A stretch of 62,571 bases of DNA, the filler included, from Chiloscyllium plagiosum (lineage: Eukaryota), in NCBI RefSeq assembly GCF_004010195.1. It is 4 parts of one record of this genome, joined end to end, with 100 filler letters (N's around TTAATTAATTAA, not from the genome) between each part and the next. Parts side by side here need not be neighbours in the genome. Positions count along the whole stretch, not along the records: positions 50,658 to 62,571 come from NC_057710.1; 3 more parts are not named here. One strand, 5' to 3'. The notes beneath the pieces were generated by a model, which saw only the letters and a program-made list of their open reading frames with translations, had not been told where the DNA came from and did not search any database. Position numbers and translations under genes: made by a program. Below, piece by piece: positions 60,905 through 62,571 of the stretch (its first letter is position 1; every line of letters starts with the position of its first letter).

Positions 60905-62571
60905 TAATATCTCTGGAACCTTGCATCCTTTATTTTATTCCTGGTCTTCAAATTATGATTTCGGAGGTTTGCCTTCAAAATTGATATGTGGTAGATACAT
61001 AAACAGTCAAAAATATCCAAGAGAAATATCTCCAAGATGGAAACTGTTTGCGAATCACTGTTGCTGTCTTGGTAGATATATGGTATTTCAGCTGTTTGGA
61101 CAATGGAGAAATATTCTACCATTTAATGATCAGACACACGCTCCACATTCATTACAATTTTCCAGAGCTGGTTGCGTTTATGGATTGTGCTGGGGGGGGG
61201 GGGTTGAAGGTATTAAAAACAAAATAGATGAAAATAAAAACTTTTTAAGTTAGTTAATTTAACATCAGAAGGGTAGAAAATTGCAAGAGTACACCCAAGA
61301 AGTGATGTCCTTGGGGTTGGAAAATAACTGTTTTGCGAAAGATGAGTCAGACCTAGTAAATCTGATGGGCACTGGCATAACACTCATGAGAGTAAAGAGG
61401 TGGCATAACTGTTGATATTTTTCTGTACGTTTAGTTAGATTCTACTGAATAGACGATGAGCTAAATGTGGGTTTGAGAGATTTGAAAGTGACTGGTCTTG
61501 ATTGGCCTGCACTGTAGTGGTTCTACAATTCAATTAATTCCCCATTCAACCCTATCGAGTCTGCACCGACCTTCCAAAGAGCATCCACCCCTCACTCCCT
61601 ATCTCTGTGAAAGGAAAGCAACTGGGAGAATGTGCTAGACTGGAATTGAATTTAAAAACAAAATTGAATATTTACCCAACCCTATCCATGCACATACTTG
61701 GTTGATTCCAATTTGTAGTCCAGATGCTCCCTGTTGCTTCCAGGAGGTTTCAGTACGGATACAGACAGATTGCTGAAATCCCTGCTCTTACTGGGATTTT
61801 TGGCTGCAGTGCCACCTGTTTCGGAAGTAGTTAGTAAATTCCACAACTTCCCCTCTTGTCTCCTCTTCATTTAATTAAGTGGTAAGTAGCAGTGCTACTC
61901 GAGTTTGAGGATGGATTGTTAACAGCGCATGGAATATTAGTGTATAAAATACACTGATCTAAAATTCCAAGTGATCCTTTTCGTGAATTCCACAACAGGG
62001 ATTAGAAAATGGAATGGAAATGGTTTCTGCTAGGATTTTATTCCATTTGGACAACTGAGAAATGTTGCACTTGGGGAGGGTGAAAGAGGGCAAATAGTTT
62101 GTTGGAGCTCCTCCCCATGTTAATTGTGGGAGTGAAAATGGAGTCTCTAGAATATCCCAGGAACTTTGCCAGGTATGCCTTAGCTATCAACAGATTTCAC
62201 TGAAGACTATCATTGTGACTTCTGTCAATTCTTAGAGGAAAGGCACAAAAATATTTGCATTATAAGGTAGCTACCTGGAGAGAATGTAAACAGAATCTAC
62301 AGTATATAAAAAGGCCATTCAGCCTTCCTTGTGTTTGCTGGTATGTATGTTCCACTTGAACCACCTCTCTTCATTTTCCTGTAACCCTATCAGCATGTGC
62401 TTCCAACTACACACAGCTAATGAATGTAATTAATACAGTTAAATAATTTACTGAAAATAATTACTTCAATTGTTAGAACTCTTTGAGGATGTAACTTACA
62501 CTGTGATAAAAAGAAACAAGTGGACATTGTATTAGTTGTATTTTCATGAAGCATTTGATTAGCTACCACAG

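Overview
Eukaryotic, repeat-dominated vertebrate genomic DNA. It is most likely an elasmobranch (shark), inferred from HE1-type V-SINEs and HER1-like CR1 LINEs. Three artificial 100-bp spacers (N44-TTAATTAATTAA-N44) join separate contigs, so long-range adjacency is not guaranteed. The only host gene I can recognise is TMEM184C: three consecutive coding exons on the + strand at 59707-60877. Most of the window is decayed or nested retroelements: CR1 LINEs (SGNH-esterase ORF1, RT ORF2), L2, Rex1/Babar, RTE, HE1 SINEs, a Gmr1-type Ty3/gypsy element with integrase before RT, a Harbinger Myb/SANT remnant, and many Penelope-like element (PLE) pieces. The most notable signal is a dense population of short PLE-derived insertions from about four families. 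They carry minimal type-I hammerhead ribozyme motifs (CUGANGA-stem II-GAAA-palindromic 4-mer), often have 13-16 bp target-site duplications, and often fold back as inverted repeats. In many copies the 5' end or inversion junction falls at or inside the ribozyme. All calls are by-eye motif recognition, and repeat boundaries are approximate.
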